Positions 1-11,030 of a stretch of 32,534 bases of DNA are shown here, one piece after another. Below the pieces are notes generated by a model. It was not told the origin of the DNA. It saw nothing but the letters and a program-made list of their open reading frames with translations, and did no database searches. Every line of letters starts with the position of its first letter. The stretch's first letter is position 1. A program made the position numbers and the translations under genes. Where the stretch lies: NCBI GenBank assembly GCA_030141605.1, contig JAQGDQ010001613.1, positions 1 to 32,534 on the forward strand. The letters run 5' to 3'. The DNA comes from Tubiluchus corallicola (taxonomy: Eukaryota; Animalia; Priapulida).

Positions 1-38
<38 letters not shown>
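1..38. repeat. (GA)n microsatellite
   Basis: Direct GA dinucleotide run at the window start. Confidence 0.95.
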
Positions 39-228
39 CAAATGCACGCCAGAAGCAATGACAATAGAATACTGGAACAATTTATTTGTGGAAATTGCCT
101 CAAAATTAATAAATTTTTAGAATTTTCAGCCTAGATTACTCAACAATGCAAACACAAAAATCATTGTTATCATTGTGCAAAAAATTATTTCGATCGTTTC
201 GTAACTTGGCTAAAAAATTATTGGCATT

Positions 229-645
229 TCAAGCTGAGACATTGAGACAAAACTCTAAAAAGATCAAACACAAAGTATAGAAAATTAGCACAACAGATGT
301 CGCTGACTGTCTCCTAAAGATGGCGCTGCACTTGGAAATTGCGACTATTTCATCAGGATCACCTCCATCGGCACGCAGTACCTTTCCCTTGTAAAAGAGG
401 CACTTTTGACTCGCTGAAGGTGTATCCCCAAAACAGCACTGGCGGTACCAGTGTGCACTGTGCACTTTTTCCCCTTGACTGCATCTAAAACACAAATTTA
501 TGATTTTTTTCCCTTCCGGGGTGCCTCTTTTGCAATGTCCAATGTCTTGATTCTCCATCAGACCTTTGACATTGTTCTGGTTGCATGTGTCTGTTGCTAG
601 AAACGTGGTTAGTACAAACACAAAGAGAGAAAACGTAGATTTCAT
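229..645 (-). CDS. Small secreted or GPI-anchored Cys-rich protein, paralogue A (~138 aa; in-frame upstream ATGs at 660 and 666)
   Basis: Signal peptide MKSTFSLFVFVLTTFLATDT|C, core C-x16-C-x13-C-x2-C-x14-CC-x10-C, hydrophobic C-terminal tail. Pyrimidine-rich acceptor (ttttcag) ends at 674 on the minus strand. AATAAA at ~81-86 (minus). Cys spacing matches two other ORFs in the window. Confidence 0.8.
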   Translation of the reverse strand: MKSTFSLFVFVLTTFLATDTCNQNNVKGLMENQDIGHCKRGTPEGKKIINLCFRCSQGEKVHSAHWYRQCCFGDTPSASQKCLFYKGKVLRADGGDPDEIVAISKCSAIFRRQSATSVVLIFYTLCLIFLEFCLNVSA

Positions 646-1679
646 TGCTAAATTGTTCATAATCATGTATTCTCTGAAAATAAAACAAATTTTGTTGAAA
701 TTTCTTTGAAATATTAAACGATGATTGGTCGGCACCCTATTTTGGTATTCCTGTCACGTGACAATCTTATCACCTACAAGAAAGCTGATCGGCACATATG
801 TTGGTTGCTACGGACTTTGCAAGGGCACATTGAAGTTATGTTTATATCCAGTAGATGGCTCTTCCTGACGAAGATCTGGGCTTGTCAATAGAAAAAAACC
901 AAAGCAAAATTGCTGCTTCCACAAGCTACAATCGCAGTTTGAAAATACAAGTTTTTTTTACAATTGCATTACTAGTTTCTATACAGAAAAGTGGGCACGT
1001 GGTTAGTGTTTTTTTAGTAAATTTTAGTATTTTTTTAACATTTTCTCGATAATTTGATGCTAGAATATTAGGGTCCAATATATTTAGCATTTGTTTTTTT
1101 TAAAAAAGCAAAAAAATAACATTAGACTTGAATTTTTAGTGCATTCTACTTTGAAGCATCATAGCCTAGTTTTAACTATGCCGTCTCATGGTTTGCAAGC
1201 ACACGTATTCTTTGTAGCGAAAAATCCAAAATGCAGTATTTTTAAACAAAATACATTTGAGTTAACTTTTATTACAGACACGTATTGCAAACATTTATAG
1301 TTAGAACACCACAATTTTACTCGAACTTTTAATTTACATAGTTGAAAACATTGTTACAGTAGGGTATTATTTATAATAATAATTGTTGCTGCTGCTTACC
1401 ATGGAAAACATCCAGACAGCCAGAATTTGTGAACATTTGGGTATTTCTTCTACAAATGGCAAGAACTTAAAAAATTCTCCCCAATCCAGCATTAATGACC
1501 AAATTTGTGCCCCTGACCACAAAGCTGATTTTAATCATTTCAGCATTCTGACCAGAGCTACTAATAACTGGAACTTATTAATAAAAGAAAGTTTATCAAT
1601 GCACCCTAATCAGCCTTCTCTTAATGTACAAAGCAGCTCAATTCCTCTAACTTTATTTTTAAACACTTAGCTGTTTGTT

Positions 1680-2000
1680 ACTGTATCAATTTCTTTTCTA
1701 CAGGTCTGCTTATTCATTACCTATTTGGCTTTTGTAAATACATAATTAGTGCATAATTTACTGTATCAATTTCTTTTCTATAGGTCTGCTTAATCAGTAC
1801 CTATTTGGCTTTTTGTAAATACATAATTAATGCATAATTTACTGTATCAATTTCTTTTCTACAGGTCTGCTTAATCATTACCTATTTGGCTTTTGTAAAT
1901 ACATAATTAGTGCATAATTTATTGTATCAATTCCTTTTCTACAGGTCTGCTTAATCATTACCTTTTCGGCTTTTTGTAAATACATAATTAGTGCATAATT
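1680..2000. repeat. Tandem repeat, ~80 bp x4, within the Penelope 3' region
   Basis: Unit actgtatcaatttcttttctacaggtctgcttaatcattacctatttggcttttgtaaatacataattagtgcataattt starting at ~1680, 1760, 1841 and 1921. Confidence 0.95.
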
Positions 2001-2038
2001 GGCTCTGTTTATACAAACTATTTGTATGTTTGTAATTT

Positions 2039-2081
2039 TACCACTGATGATGACAGCTGCAGTCTGACGAAACGTTTTGTA
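2039..2081 (+). ncRNA. Minimal type I hammerhead ribozyme motif (Penelope type)
   Basis: CTGATGA (2044-2050), imperfect stem II, GAAA (2069-2072), palindromic AACGTT stem III, and TACCA/TTGTA stem I with one mismatch. Confidence 0.65.
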
Positions 2082-2874
2082 TGATTTTAGTTTTTTAAAG
2101 TAAAACTTGGAATACCTTTACATTACCTTTACAATTGGTTAAACACACGTATACCAGAAACAGACTAAGCTTATATCCCAGACAGTCACTTCCTCTGTTA
2201 TAGCGTAGACACAAGCTATAGATGATAATGGGGGTACAGTTTGATAAATATCCCACAGTATCAAAGAATTTTATATCCTCTTTTCTTAAAAACCACAACC
2301 TTTCTACTGCACGCAAGCAGTCATATCTGGTAATACAGAAGGATCTTATTAAGATGTCGGCTAGTGTGCAGCAAAAACGTTGTGGTCTTTAACAAAAAAG
2401 GACTGAAAACGCGTTGCTACTGTAGAATATTAATTTTATCAAATTGACGTCGTTGTAGTTACTAAGAATTGAAAACTATGTCTTGTCGATGCAAAATGAA
2501 ATCGAATCTTTAACCATTGTTTTCCTTTTGCAACATTGTTCTATTCTAAAACAGTAATGGTCGGAGAAAAAAGCTAAACTTGTCTTCAAATCTTTCTAGA
2601 ATACATATGGAGAGACTCTGTATTGTGACTTCCAGGTCATAGACGTATGTCGATTTGCAAAGAAGCCATTGTTTACGCGAAATTGACACGTAGTAGTTCT
2701 ATTTGCTGATTTGTCTAAAGTTAAAATTCCTTGTGCACGCAATGCGTGATGCGTAATCCGTAACGCATGATGTATGTTGCCATGTTTCCGCGTTGCTGTT
2801 TTCGCCATTTTTGGTTGCCTGTTTGTGAGAATAAGCCTTTTCACAGTTTCGCAATGCGCGCGGGTATTTGCTGT

Positions 2875-3164
2875 AGGTCAAAGGTTAAGTGTACCACAGA
2901 ACTCGTCTTAACTGCAACCATCACGTGACATGTTGGTAAAGCAAAGCCACCTGCCGCATCAATTCGGTAACTTCAGTTCTTTTACCTGGTCTTTACTTAA
3001 TTATGCATTAGAGTGATTTACTAACTAGATCTGGCATGGGAACAAAAAATGAACTAGGTAAGGTTCTAGCAAGCTGTTAAAACAGCTACTATTGCAATAG
3101 CATCGGCTGTGAACGTTGTTGAGTGTACACAAATGCATTGTCTGGTGCACTTAACCTTTGACCT
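2875..3164. mobile_element. MITE-like element, ~290 bp
   Basis: 22-bp inverted repeats aggtcaaaggttaagtgtacca / tggtgcacttaacctttgacct (1 mismatch). A second copy lies at 17740-18039. Homology extends slightly beyond the inverted repeats, so the true ends may be further out. Confidence 0.7.
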
Positions 3165-3528
3165 TTTCACGATCATCATCAATCACTGGAACTGTGAAGA
3201 GGTCTTTGTTCAGCTACCAGTGCATCTATTAATTGAGCGGATCTTAAGTCAAAGTGGTTTGTTAGTAAGACCACAAGGGTTTTTCAGACAACTGACAGTA
3301 TTTTTTAAATGCAATAAGTATCTTGAGTAACTCATCATAGATTGTAATTACATGTAATACTACTGATTGTAATTTTTACAAATGTTTTCCACACATCATT
3401 ATGTTCGGTTTTACTAGCAAATCTTCGATAAACCGCAGCCTAAACAACCGTGCTACCAACGTAGATACCGCATCGTTTCTGTGATGCTGAATTTGTAAAC
3501 AATGTTACAATGTGAAAGGTGACACGTG

Positions 3529-4033
3529 ATCATCATCATCATCATCTCTGGGGTCACATGTCGTTTGACATGACCCTCCTGATCACTTTACTCCATGCTG
3601 CCCTGTCCCGTGCAACCTTCTACGTCTCTGTATTTTTGATATCTAATGGCGTGTTGATAAGATCGTTTTGGATGAAATTGATGTAAGTCAGCAACTGTCC
3701 TCCTTGTGGCTTCTTTTCTTTCTGCACGGCTTCTTTGAGAGCTAATTTCAATGGACTGTCATCTGGTAGTCGTATAACATGTCCTGGCCATCTTAATCTT
3801 CTCCTTTTGATTTTAATTGTCCATTCCTCAGCCTTGACTTTATTATACAGATCCTGGTTTGATATTTTCTATGGCCATTTTATTCCTAGAATACTCCTGT
3901 AGTTTCTTCTTTGAAATGCATCAGTTTCTGATTTGTGTTGTGCTTTAATTGTAAATAAGTCTGAGTTATAGAGAAACATAGTTTGCACAAGTGCAGCAAA
4001 GATTGTTAATTTTGTATCTAAGCTAATCCTCTT
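3529..4033 (-). mobile_element. 5'-truncated RTE-like LINE fragment
   Basis: Minus-strand translation ISLDTKLTIFAALVQTMFLYNS..DAFQRRNYRSILGIKWP*KISNQDLY..IKRRRLRWPGHVIR..ARDRAAW resembles the post-RT C-terminus of RTE-type LINEs. (GAT)n tail at 3529-3546. Candidate 7-bp TSD acacgtg at 3522-3528 and 4034-4040. Confidence 0.8.
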
Positions 4034-4297
4034 ACACGTGGTAACCAAACGCAAACGCTGTGGTAACCAAGGACTGAGATTTGCTGGCGCCATCTATCGA
4101 GTAAAATGCACGAAATCAATTTCCAAACGTTTGTTTCGAAACGACACCTTCATGTCTGATTTCGTCTTATGTGAACCACCAAGAAAAAGTTAGATGTATG
4201 ACAAAGTCTCTGTTAGACCTTTTCTTTGCTTTTTAGCTGGTACCATTTATCGAACCATAATGTTAGTTTTTCTATTTCAGAGATTAAAATCTTGCAA

Positions 4298-4660
4298 ATG
4301 CGGATAATCTTTGCACCGCTGCCATTTTGTTTGTGCGTTTGGGCTCTGCTTGTAAACACTGATGCCTGTACTAAACATCCTTTGTCAGAGTTTCATGTAA
4401 AAGATTTCGAGGTGGGATACTGTACAGTGTCAACAACCGAAGGTCAAGAATTTATGTCAATGTGCTTCAACTGTAGTAATGGCAAAAGCGTGCTTACTGA
4501 AAAATACTACAGGTCTTGCTGTTCTGGTCAACCAATAGGAGACGACGACAGATGCCTTATTCGCGAGGAAAAAACGGTTCAACCTCCTGCTATTTCTGGA
4601 TGCGGCGCCATCTTTCTTTCAGCGACATCTGTTGTCTTAATGACACGTATTTTTTGCTAA
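4298..4660 (+). CDS. Small secreted or GPI-anchored Cys-rich protein, paralogue B (120 aa)
   Basis: Acceptor tttctatttcag ends at 4280, ATG at 4298. Signal peptide ...LLVNTDA|C, core C-x17-C-x13-C-x2-C-x14-CC-x10-C. Tail AISGCGAIFLSATSVVL matches paralogue A (AISKCSAIF..SATSVVL). Confidence 0.8.
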   Translation: MRIIFAPLPFCLCVWALLVNTDACTKHPLSEFHVKDFEVGYCTVSTTEGQEFMSMCFNCSNGKSVLTEKYYRSCCSGQPIGDDDRCLIREEKTVQPPAISGCGAIFLSATSVVLMTRIFC

Positions 4661-6587
4661 AACGTTTAGCGAAAGAATTTAGTTAAAACGACAATCGCAT
4701 TACGTGGTACTTTCTTTGATCTACATTCTGCTATAAAAAATTAATGACAAAATTTTGATTAAATGGTTTCTAAGTGTATATGTAAGTTACTTGACAAATT
4801 TAATCATTTTGTTTAATGATAATAATAATTATGTTAGTTATGGTATTCACGTTTTATGATACGCAGAGTAAAGCAATCCACCATAATTATATAGTTATTT
4901 AAATCAGTACATAAAGTACTGGAGGTGCCTGGCCACCTCGGTGGGTGGTTCCGGCCAGCAGGTACGGGGGCGGAGCAGCCTAATGGTGATTTCCACATGA
5001 CCACAATGAAACAAAGCTGACATAAATAATGACTATTGTGTTGCTTAATAACTTGAAAGACATTTAAATATTGCAAGGCCTAAACTAACTGTGATAAGAT
5101 TTTAAACAAATTAAAGAAAAACAGAACAAAGAAATAAAGTGGCGAGACCGACACCTAACTATATATATCGGGTAGTAGGAGAACTCTAAGTCTGATGGAA
5201 GAAACACAAGCACAAGAAGCACCGACTTTGCACGACCCGATTACAACTGTAGCTCCAAAGTACAGCAAGTTTTTACCCTCCCTTTATAATCTTCCCCAAA
5301 TCAGTGTACATGTCAGAGATAGAGCCAAAATGAAACCTGATTGGTTGAAAGCAAATAGGTGTGAAGATTTAACCAATAAGAACCGAAATATTGTAGAAGA
5401 ATAATTTAGAAGACTTAGATACTACTGGTACTTTTAGGTGCTACACCATGGAATAAAGGCAGAGGTTGTGCAGAGTGGGCCGCTCATGCGCATGCGCCAC
5501 AGTACTTTATAAAAATAAATAAGCGATGCAAATTATAATATTGTATACACAAGATAAAAAACTGCACACGAGGAGGAGAGGTTAGATTAAATATTAAATA
5601 AAGGGCTGACTGATGAACTCCAACATTGGAAGTACAATGAACTATATAAAACGTCTGTATCAGTTATCATAGATAAAATAATTCAAAATCCGGTTCTTTG
5701 ACAAAAAAACACATTTGTGCAGGAAGTACTTAAAGTGATCAAAACGTTTGGTGGCATAAATTACAGTAAAAATGTGAGTTTGTAAAACTTGTAGCTTCTG
5801 TTTATTGTTCTTTACTGCTGCTGTGACTGTGTGGCTCGCGACGTGCAGCGCTGCGAAAAGCCGAGAGGGCAGAGCAAATCTTTATTTAGAAAATTCCACA
5901 TTTATTAAACATAAGATATAAATAGCGAGGAACACAGGCTAGCCCTCAGTCTCCGGATCACCTCCCTTATCTGCCCTGAGTTGCAGGCAAAAACTCGCTT
6001 TTGTTTAGATTTTTCATGTGCACTGAACTTTTGCGCATCTATAGGAGCTGCGTCATCAAATCTATAATCATGGCGCGTCCTCTTAAGTGGGTCAAACACC
6101 AGCTGATCGTAGCGTGATATAGCCCACGTAACTCGGCTTCCGACTGAGGCAATAATATAATCTTTAATCATCAATTCAAAATACATTCTCTGTATAACCT
6201 TGACAAACACCTCTGTACAAGAAATCTCCTGTTTTAACGCCACCTGGCGTACTTGGGGATCAGTGGCGACTCGTAGCTAAAATTAGTAGGGGTGCTGAAA
6301 AATTAAAAATGTTTGTCGTTGTTTTAATAAAACGAAACAAATGTGTGTAATTATAATATTGTAATTTTAAACAAACAAATTAATTTAAACAAAACCTTGA
6401 TCAACTCCGAAACAAAACATATTGTTTTCTCACGAATAGACTAAATTGTTGCAGTTCAAAAATATGTCGATACACGGCTTTAAGCACGTGACAACTGGCA
6501 ACACGTACTGCAGTGAACTTCAGTACTCTTTCCACCTAAAATACGGCGTCTTATTTCAGACATGCGCGCATGACCTCATGCGCACAG

Positions 6588-8643
6588 TGTCGTGAATAAA
6601 TTTATGAATCAGTAATTTGGTGATAAATTAATAGAATTATCAACTGAATTAGATTCAGTTGATAAAACAGATACCTCCCTGATTGGATAAGATGAATTAA
6701 TTGATTGATAATAAGAACTCACCCAGCTGGTAAGGCACGGGATTTAATGCGATGCAAAGTTATTCCACAGGTGTGTTTTTTCGTTTACTGAAGGTAAACA
6801 GGTGTTCATTAAGTGAGGACGCAATCTTGCTTTATAGCCTTATGCAAGCGTAGGTAATCGTTCTTTATAACCTTATGCGGAGTTACACTTATTTAACAAG
6901 AAAGTCGCAATAGGCAAATTTCTTTGGAAGAGAAGCTTTATGGCCGACGCCAAGCTTGTGCAAAGACATCAAGGGGAAGAAATTCTGAAGACAGACCTGG
7001 CGTGTGGAACCTTTCCCACGCAGAAGAGGAATTCTTAAGCCACCTGGTTGATCGTAAACTTCTTGGCAGGGGATACCAGGGTAAGGCAGCGATGTCACCT
7101 TTCACCTGACTGCGTTTGGGCGCGAATTACACAAGGCCAAGATCTTGAAGATACAAGCTCGGAGTTGGGAACACGAGGCGTTAGTTAGTCGGGCGTGAGT
7201 CAGTGAGCGGACATCGAGGGAGTCAGGAGCCAGAGAGAGGCGACAGAACCTGACTGCGTTTGGGTGCGAATTACACAAGGCCAAGATCTTGAAGATATAA
7301 GCTCGGAGTTGGGAACACGAGGCGTTAGTTAGTCGGGCGTGAGTCAGTGAGCGGACATCGAGGGAGTCAGGAGCCAGAGAGAGGCGACAGAACAGAGAAT
7401 CTGACAGAGTGTGGAGACATCGTTTGAAACCAGTGTGGAACAGTTCTACATCCTCAGCAGATCGACTGAGCACTGGATCGACGAATAGTCTCACAAGATC
7501 ATTGGAGTTGACCAAGTGTACTAGAGTTGCATTGTGGTCATTCCACCGAGTTAAGTAATCTTAACACATTTGTAACTGAGAGTAACTCTGCATAACGGTA
7601 GTTCACATTGCATTAAGCACCTTAAGTGCTGCATACGGATTAGTTGTTAAGTGTGTAGTTCACATAGTACTAAGCACCTTAAGTGCAACATACTGAATAA
7701 TTACTAAGTGAATTGCTTGAGTATCTCTTAGAGCTATACATTAGTTGTGAACGCCTACAAGCGTGTAAGGACAAATCTTGTACAGCTACCTAGATAGAAG
7801 TAAATTTGTAAACCAATAAAAGTTGATTCATTTTAACGTAACTTATGAGTTCATGTATGCTTTAAAGTGTTTGAAGTTAAGCAACACTAAATTCGATATA
7901 CGATCCTGTAGATTCGCATTGCATTAATTATTAATTAATTTTATAAAGCTCAATTGCGGGAGCTAGGCTAGATAGCTTTAGGGTCAAAGACTTTACTCAC
8001 AACGCGAAGTCGAAGTGTCAGTCTTGAGGGACAAGATTATTGCCCGATAGACTCATCTAAAGCCCTAGGAGCCGGGTGATAAATCACCTTGTAGCAATTA
8101 GTTATGTAGGAAGCGAATCGATTAAATTAGATAACAAATCACTTGAATACTATACGATCACAAGATACAAAATAAGGAAAGTGATAACATAAGCAAGCAT
8201 CAGTTTGTTTGGGCTGCGAAGCAAACAGTACTTCCCTCACGTGCTGCAGTTCTGTATGAGAATAAAAAATAACTAAAGAAAAAAGATTATTATAGTGAAT
8301 ATTATCGATATTGAATATTGCGTGAAAACGGGGTGCTGCAGTCCACAGTACCAATATAGGAGCCGCCACTGTTGCACCTACACTAAGAATTGGTCGGAGC
8401 TCTGTAAAGTAAATTACATAAACATGCATTACCATGAGAGCCAAGGACTGAATAGATAGTGTGTTCGCCAAGTGGTGAGTTTGTGAGTTAACACGTATCA
8501 CTGTCTCACATTTTAGAATGATACGTATTGTCAATTTTCAATTTCTTTTCTGTTTTTTCACTGTACCGTTTAGAACGTTTTCAAAGAAGCAGCAAAAGCA
8601 GGTCAAATCGAGGCAAAGAAATTCAAGGGAGCTTGGAGATGTG
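6588..8643. mobile_element. ~2 kb insertion, LTR-like (possible solo or partial LTR)
   Basis: Present only in the left palindrome arm. Begins TGTCGTG exactly at the homology breakpoint. Purine-rich middle, AATAAA at ~7815, no coding homology seen. No clean TSD or matching CA end identified. Confidence 0.5.
7104..7392. repeat. Tandem duplication, 144 bp x2
   Basis: acctgactgcgtttggg...gagaggcgacaga repeated at 7104 and 7248 with about 2 substitutions. Confidence 0.95.
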
Positions 8644-8662
8644 AAGACGACGTTATGGCTTA

Positions 8663-9367
8663 AGCCACGACTCCATGTGTACATAATGCGTAATGCATGA
8701 TCCATGATCCGTAATGCGTTGTGCGTATTGACTGTTTCAATGTGTCCGCAAATGCTATGCATATTAACAAAGCTCACGGCGCTCTTCTGCCACATTTCGA
8801 GAAAATTGCAAGCAGTAATTTTTGGGAACCATGTCTCTATATGGAAATTTTACCTTGATAATTACAGCTGCAGCATTAGCTTGCAGCAATAGCTCACTTA
8901 CCGTGCTATTAGACGGATGAGGAAGCACAGGTTTTAGGAGCACAACATTTTGCAGGAGAGAGGACAATATGGCAGGTATCATCATTTAGTGAAAGAACTG
9001 CAGTTAGATGCACAATACGTAACAACATGCTTCTTCCACCTCTCAAAAAACTCAAATAGAAAAAATATTTTTGTCTGTAGATCCTGAAGTGACCAAAACT
9101 CACCTAACCAGAATTTTCAGAAAGCTAAACAGCGAAATGGTCACTGGAAACTTGAAAACTTGCTATAATCACCTAGGAAACGGTAGTTTTCGTACGCATA
9201 TTGCTGTGTGATGCGTTTTCGGACGTTAGCGATCACGTTCGGGTGAATGCGGATCACGCATCACCCATTACGGATTACGCATTACGCGCATATGGAAACA
9301 CATTTACACGTTTAAATACAAACTGTTGAAAACGCATGACGCATTACGCACGCACGGAGTCGTACCT
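8663..9367. mobile_element. Non-autonomous DNA transposon (PIF/Harbinger-like MITE)
   Basis: Imperfect TIRs agccacgactccatgtgtacataatgcgtaatgc / gcatgacgcattacgcacgcacggagtcgtacct, flanked by TTA on both sides. Confidence 0.65.
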
Positions 9368-9601
9368 TTACTGTACTGAAGCTGCATTGAACAATTTTGC
9401 AAACATCTGGTCTACATAACACTGTTTAATTAACTGCGATATTTGCTACAATTACAGGCAGGAAATGACGCAATAGATTTCAGGGGCTTCTGCTCTTTCT
9501 TGAAAAACGTTTTTGCAGGTTATGAGTTTCAATAGCAATGATGTTGCAACATGTTCTTCAAAAACATCTGTCTAAACCATGAACAGAAGAACAGAAGAAT
9601 A

Positions 9602-9685
9602 AGAAGAAACATTGAACTGTGCTACAAGTGTGCAACGAAGTTGAGTGGAGTTTTCGTGACCAGAATATTCTTCAAAGGATGTTGA
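9602..9685 (+). pseudogene. Internal fragment of a Cys-rich family gene (copy C')
   Basis: Translates RRNIELCYKCATKLSGVFVTRIFFKGC*. It matches the 13157-13464 copy at 66 of 74 nt. The signal peptide and 3' part are deleted. Confidence 0.8.
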
Positions 9686-9965
9686 AAGTATATAATGTAT
9701 GGCAATGTATGACAATGTATAATGTTTACAATGTACGAAAGTATATAATTATGGATAATAATGATAATTCTCATAAATCTAATTTATTCTCCATTTGCAA
9801 ATGTACAATGTACATTTTTACACATAAATACACTTCATCATAATTTATCAAATATACATATACATATACAAATATATACATATATATACAATGGGTGAAA
9901 CCATTACAATGAAGAGAAAGGGTTGAAAACAAAGGGCATGTCGCCTTCGTAACATTATATATATA

Positions 9966-10426
9966 CAATAGTGCGCATAAAAGTTATCATTGTTTTTCAA
10001 TCAAATTCTCTAATGCATTACAGCACCGGATACGAATGTTTGCAAAATAAATATTTTGCACTTTATTTAAATTTTAAAACCAAATTAATGACGTTTTATG
10101 TACGATGCTAGGATTCTAATTCTAAAACCTATAAATATAGTCAAACTACTACAATTATTATCATCAGTTTCCCACTAGACTTAATTATTCTCAAGTTGGT
10201 TTCCTCAATTGTGAATCATGTCATTATGAGCTAGTTCCTCTATGCACTGATGTACAATTTGAGAACAGAGTCATCTAGGTTTTTACATCGTACAAATTAC
10301 ATCTTTGATTTGACTTAAAATTTTAAATAAAGTGCATAATATTTATTTTACAGACATTCGTATCAGGTGCTGTAATGCATTAGAAAAATAAATTGAAAAG
10401 CACAGATAACTGTTATGGCACTGTTG
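9966..10426. mobile_element. Fold-back MITE with ~110-bp imperfect TIRs and TA TSD (Tc1/mariner-like)
   Basis: TA|caatagtgcgcataaaagttatc...taatgcattacagcaccggatacgaatg... versus ...cattcgtatcaggtgctgtaatgcatta...gataactgttatggcactgttg|TA. Confidence 0.7.
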
Positions 10427-10957
10427 TATATACATTGCATATCATGTCATTATGAGCTAGTTCCCCCTATGATACTGATGTGCAATTTAAGAATAGAATC
10501 ATCTAGATTTCTACATATAGATTTCTAAATCTACATTGTTCGTAGAGTATTGATATCCATTCTGTTTAGCTTTATTTTAAGTAATTCTCTATTTGTATTC
10601 TTATTATTTATACAAGTACGATCGATGAGTAAACTGTCATTATTAAATTCACGCATTACAATATCACTAACCCCAATACTGAACAGACACGATTTAGTAA
10701 ACAAAAAGCATTTGTTTAGTGGACGCAGCACGTACGTATTATGCATGTATATTGTAAAAGGCCTCGTGGAAAATTTTCATTAATACGCCATTAAGAAATA
10801 GTGTATCAATAAGCATATTTTATATCGCTAAACTATACGTTATAGTTTTATATTGCAAATAATAAATTAGAAAAGTATTTTGAGTTTCCTAAGGAGGCAT
10901 AATTTTGGTTTTAAGTCAAGCTAGATCTGAGCTAGATCTTGAGATTTAAAAACTAGC

Positions 10958-10959
<2 letters not shown>

Positions 10960-10996
<37 letters not shown>

Positions 10997-11030
10997 CGTG
11001 CGTGCGTGCGTATGCGTGTGCGTGTGTGTG
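10960..11030. repeat. (TG)n/(TGCG)n microsatellite
   Basis: Direct observation. Confidence 0.95.

Larger units (their letters stand above)
1400..2100 (+). mobile_element. Penelope-like retroelement 3' remnant (GIY-YIG endonuclease C-terminus plus pLTR)
   Basis: ARICEHLGIS...SSINDQ...H..DFNHFSIL...LLIKESL....PSLNVQSSSIPLTLF resembles the C-terminal half of Penelope GIY-YIG endonucleases. It is followed by a tandem-repeat 3' region and a hammerhead motif. Confidence 0.8.
5551..10960. repeat. Left arm of a large inverted duplication (interrupted by insertions)
   Basis: Reverse-complement matches: 5551-6587 to ~14459-15510; 8644-9590 to ~13553-14452; 9611-9684 to ~13218-13291; ~9725-9850 to ~12982-13115; ~10925-10960 to ~12897-12936. 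Confidence 0.92.

Noticed and set aside
4918-4990. GC-rich patch considered as an HDV-like ribozyme
   Set aside because: I could not build consistent P1 and P2 helices by eye, so it is left unexplained.
5905-6243. 112/113-aa ORF pair (also 14816-15157)
   Set aside because: GTG start and no recognisable domain. The similarity is explained by the recent inverted duplication.
7102-7515. 137-aa ORF with an internal repeat
   Set aside because: A product of the 144-bp duplication within a non-coding LTR-like insertion.
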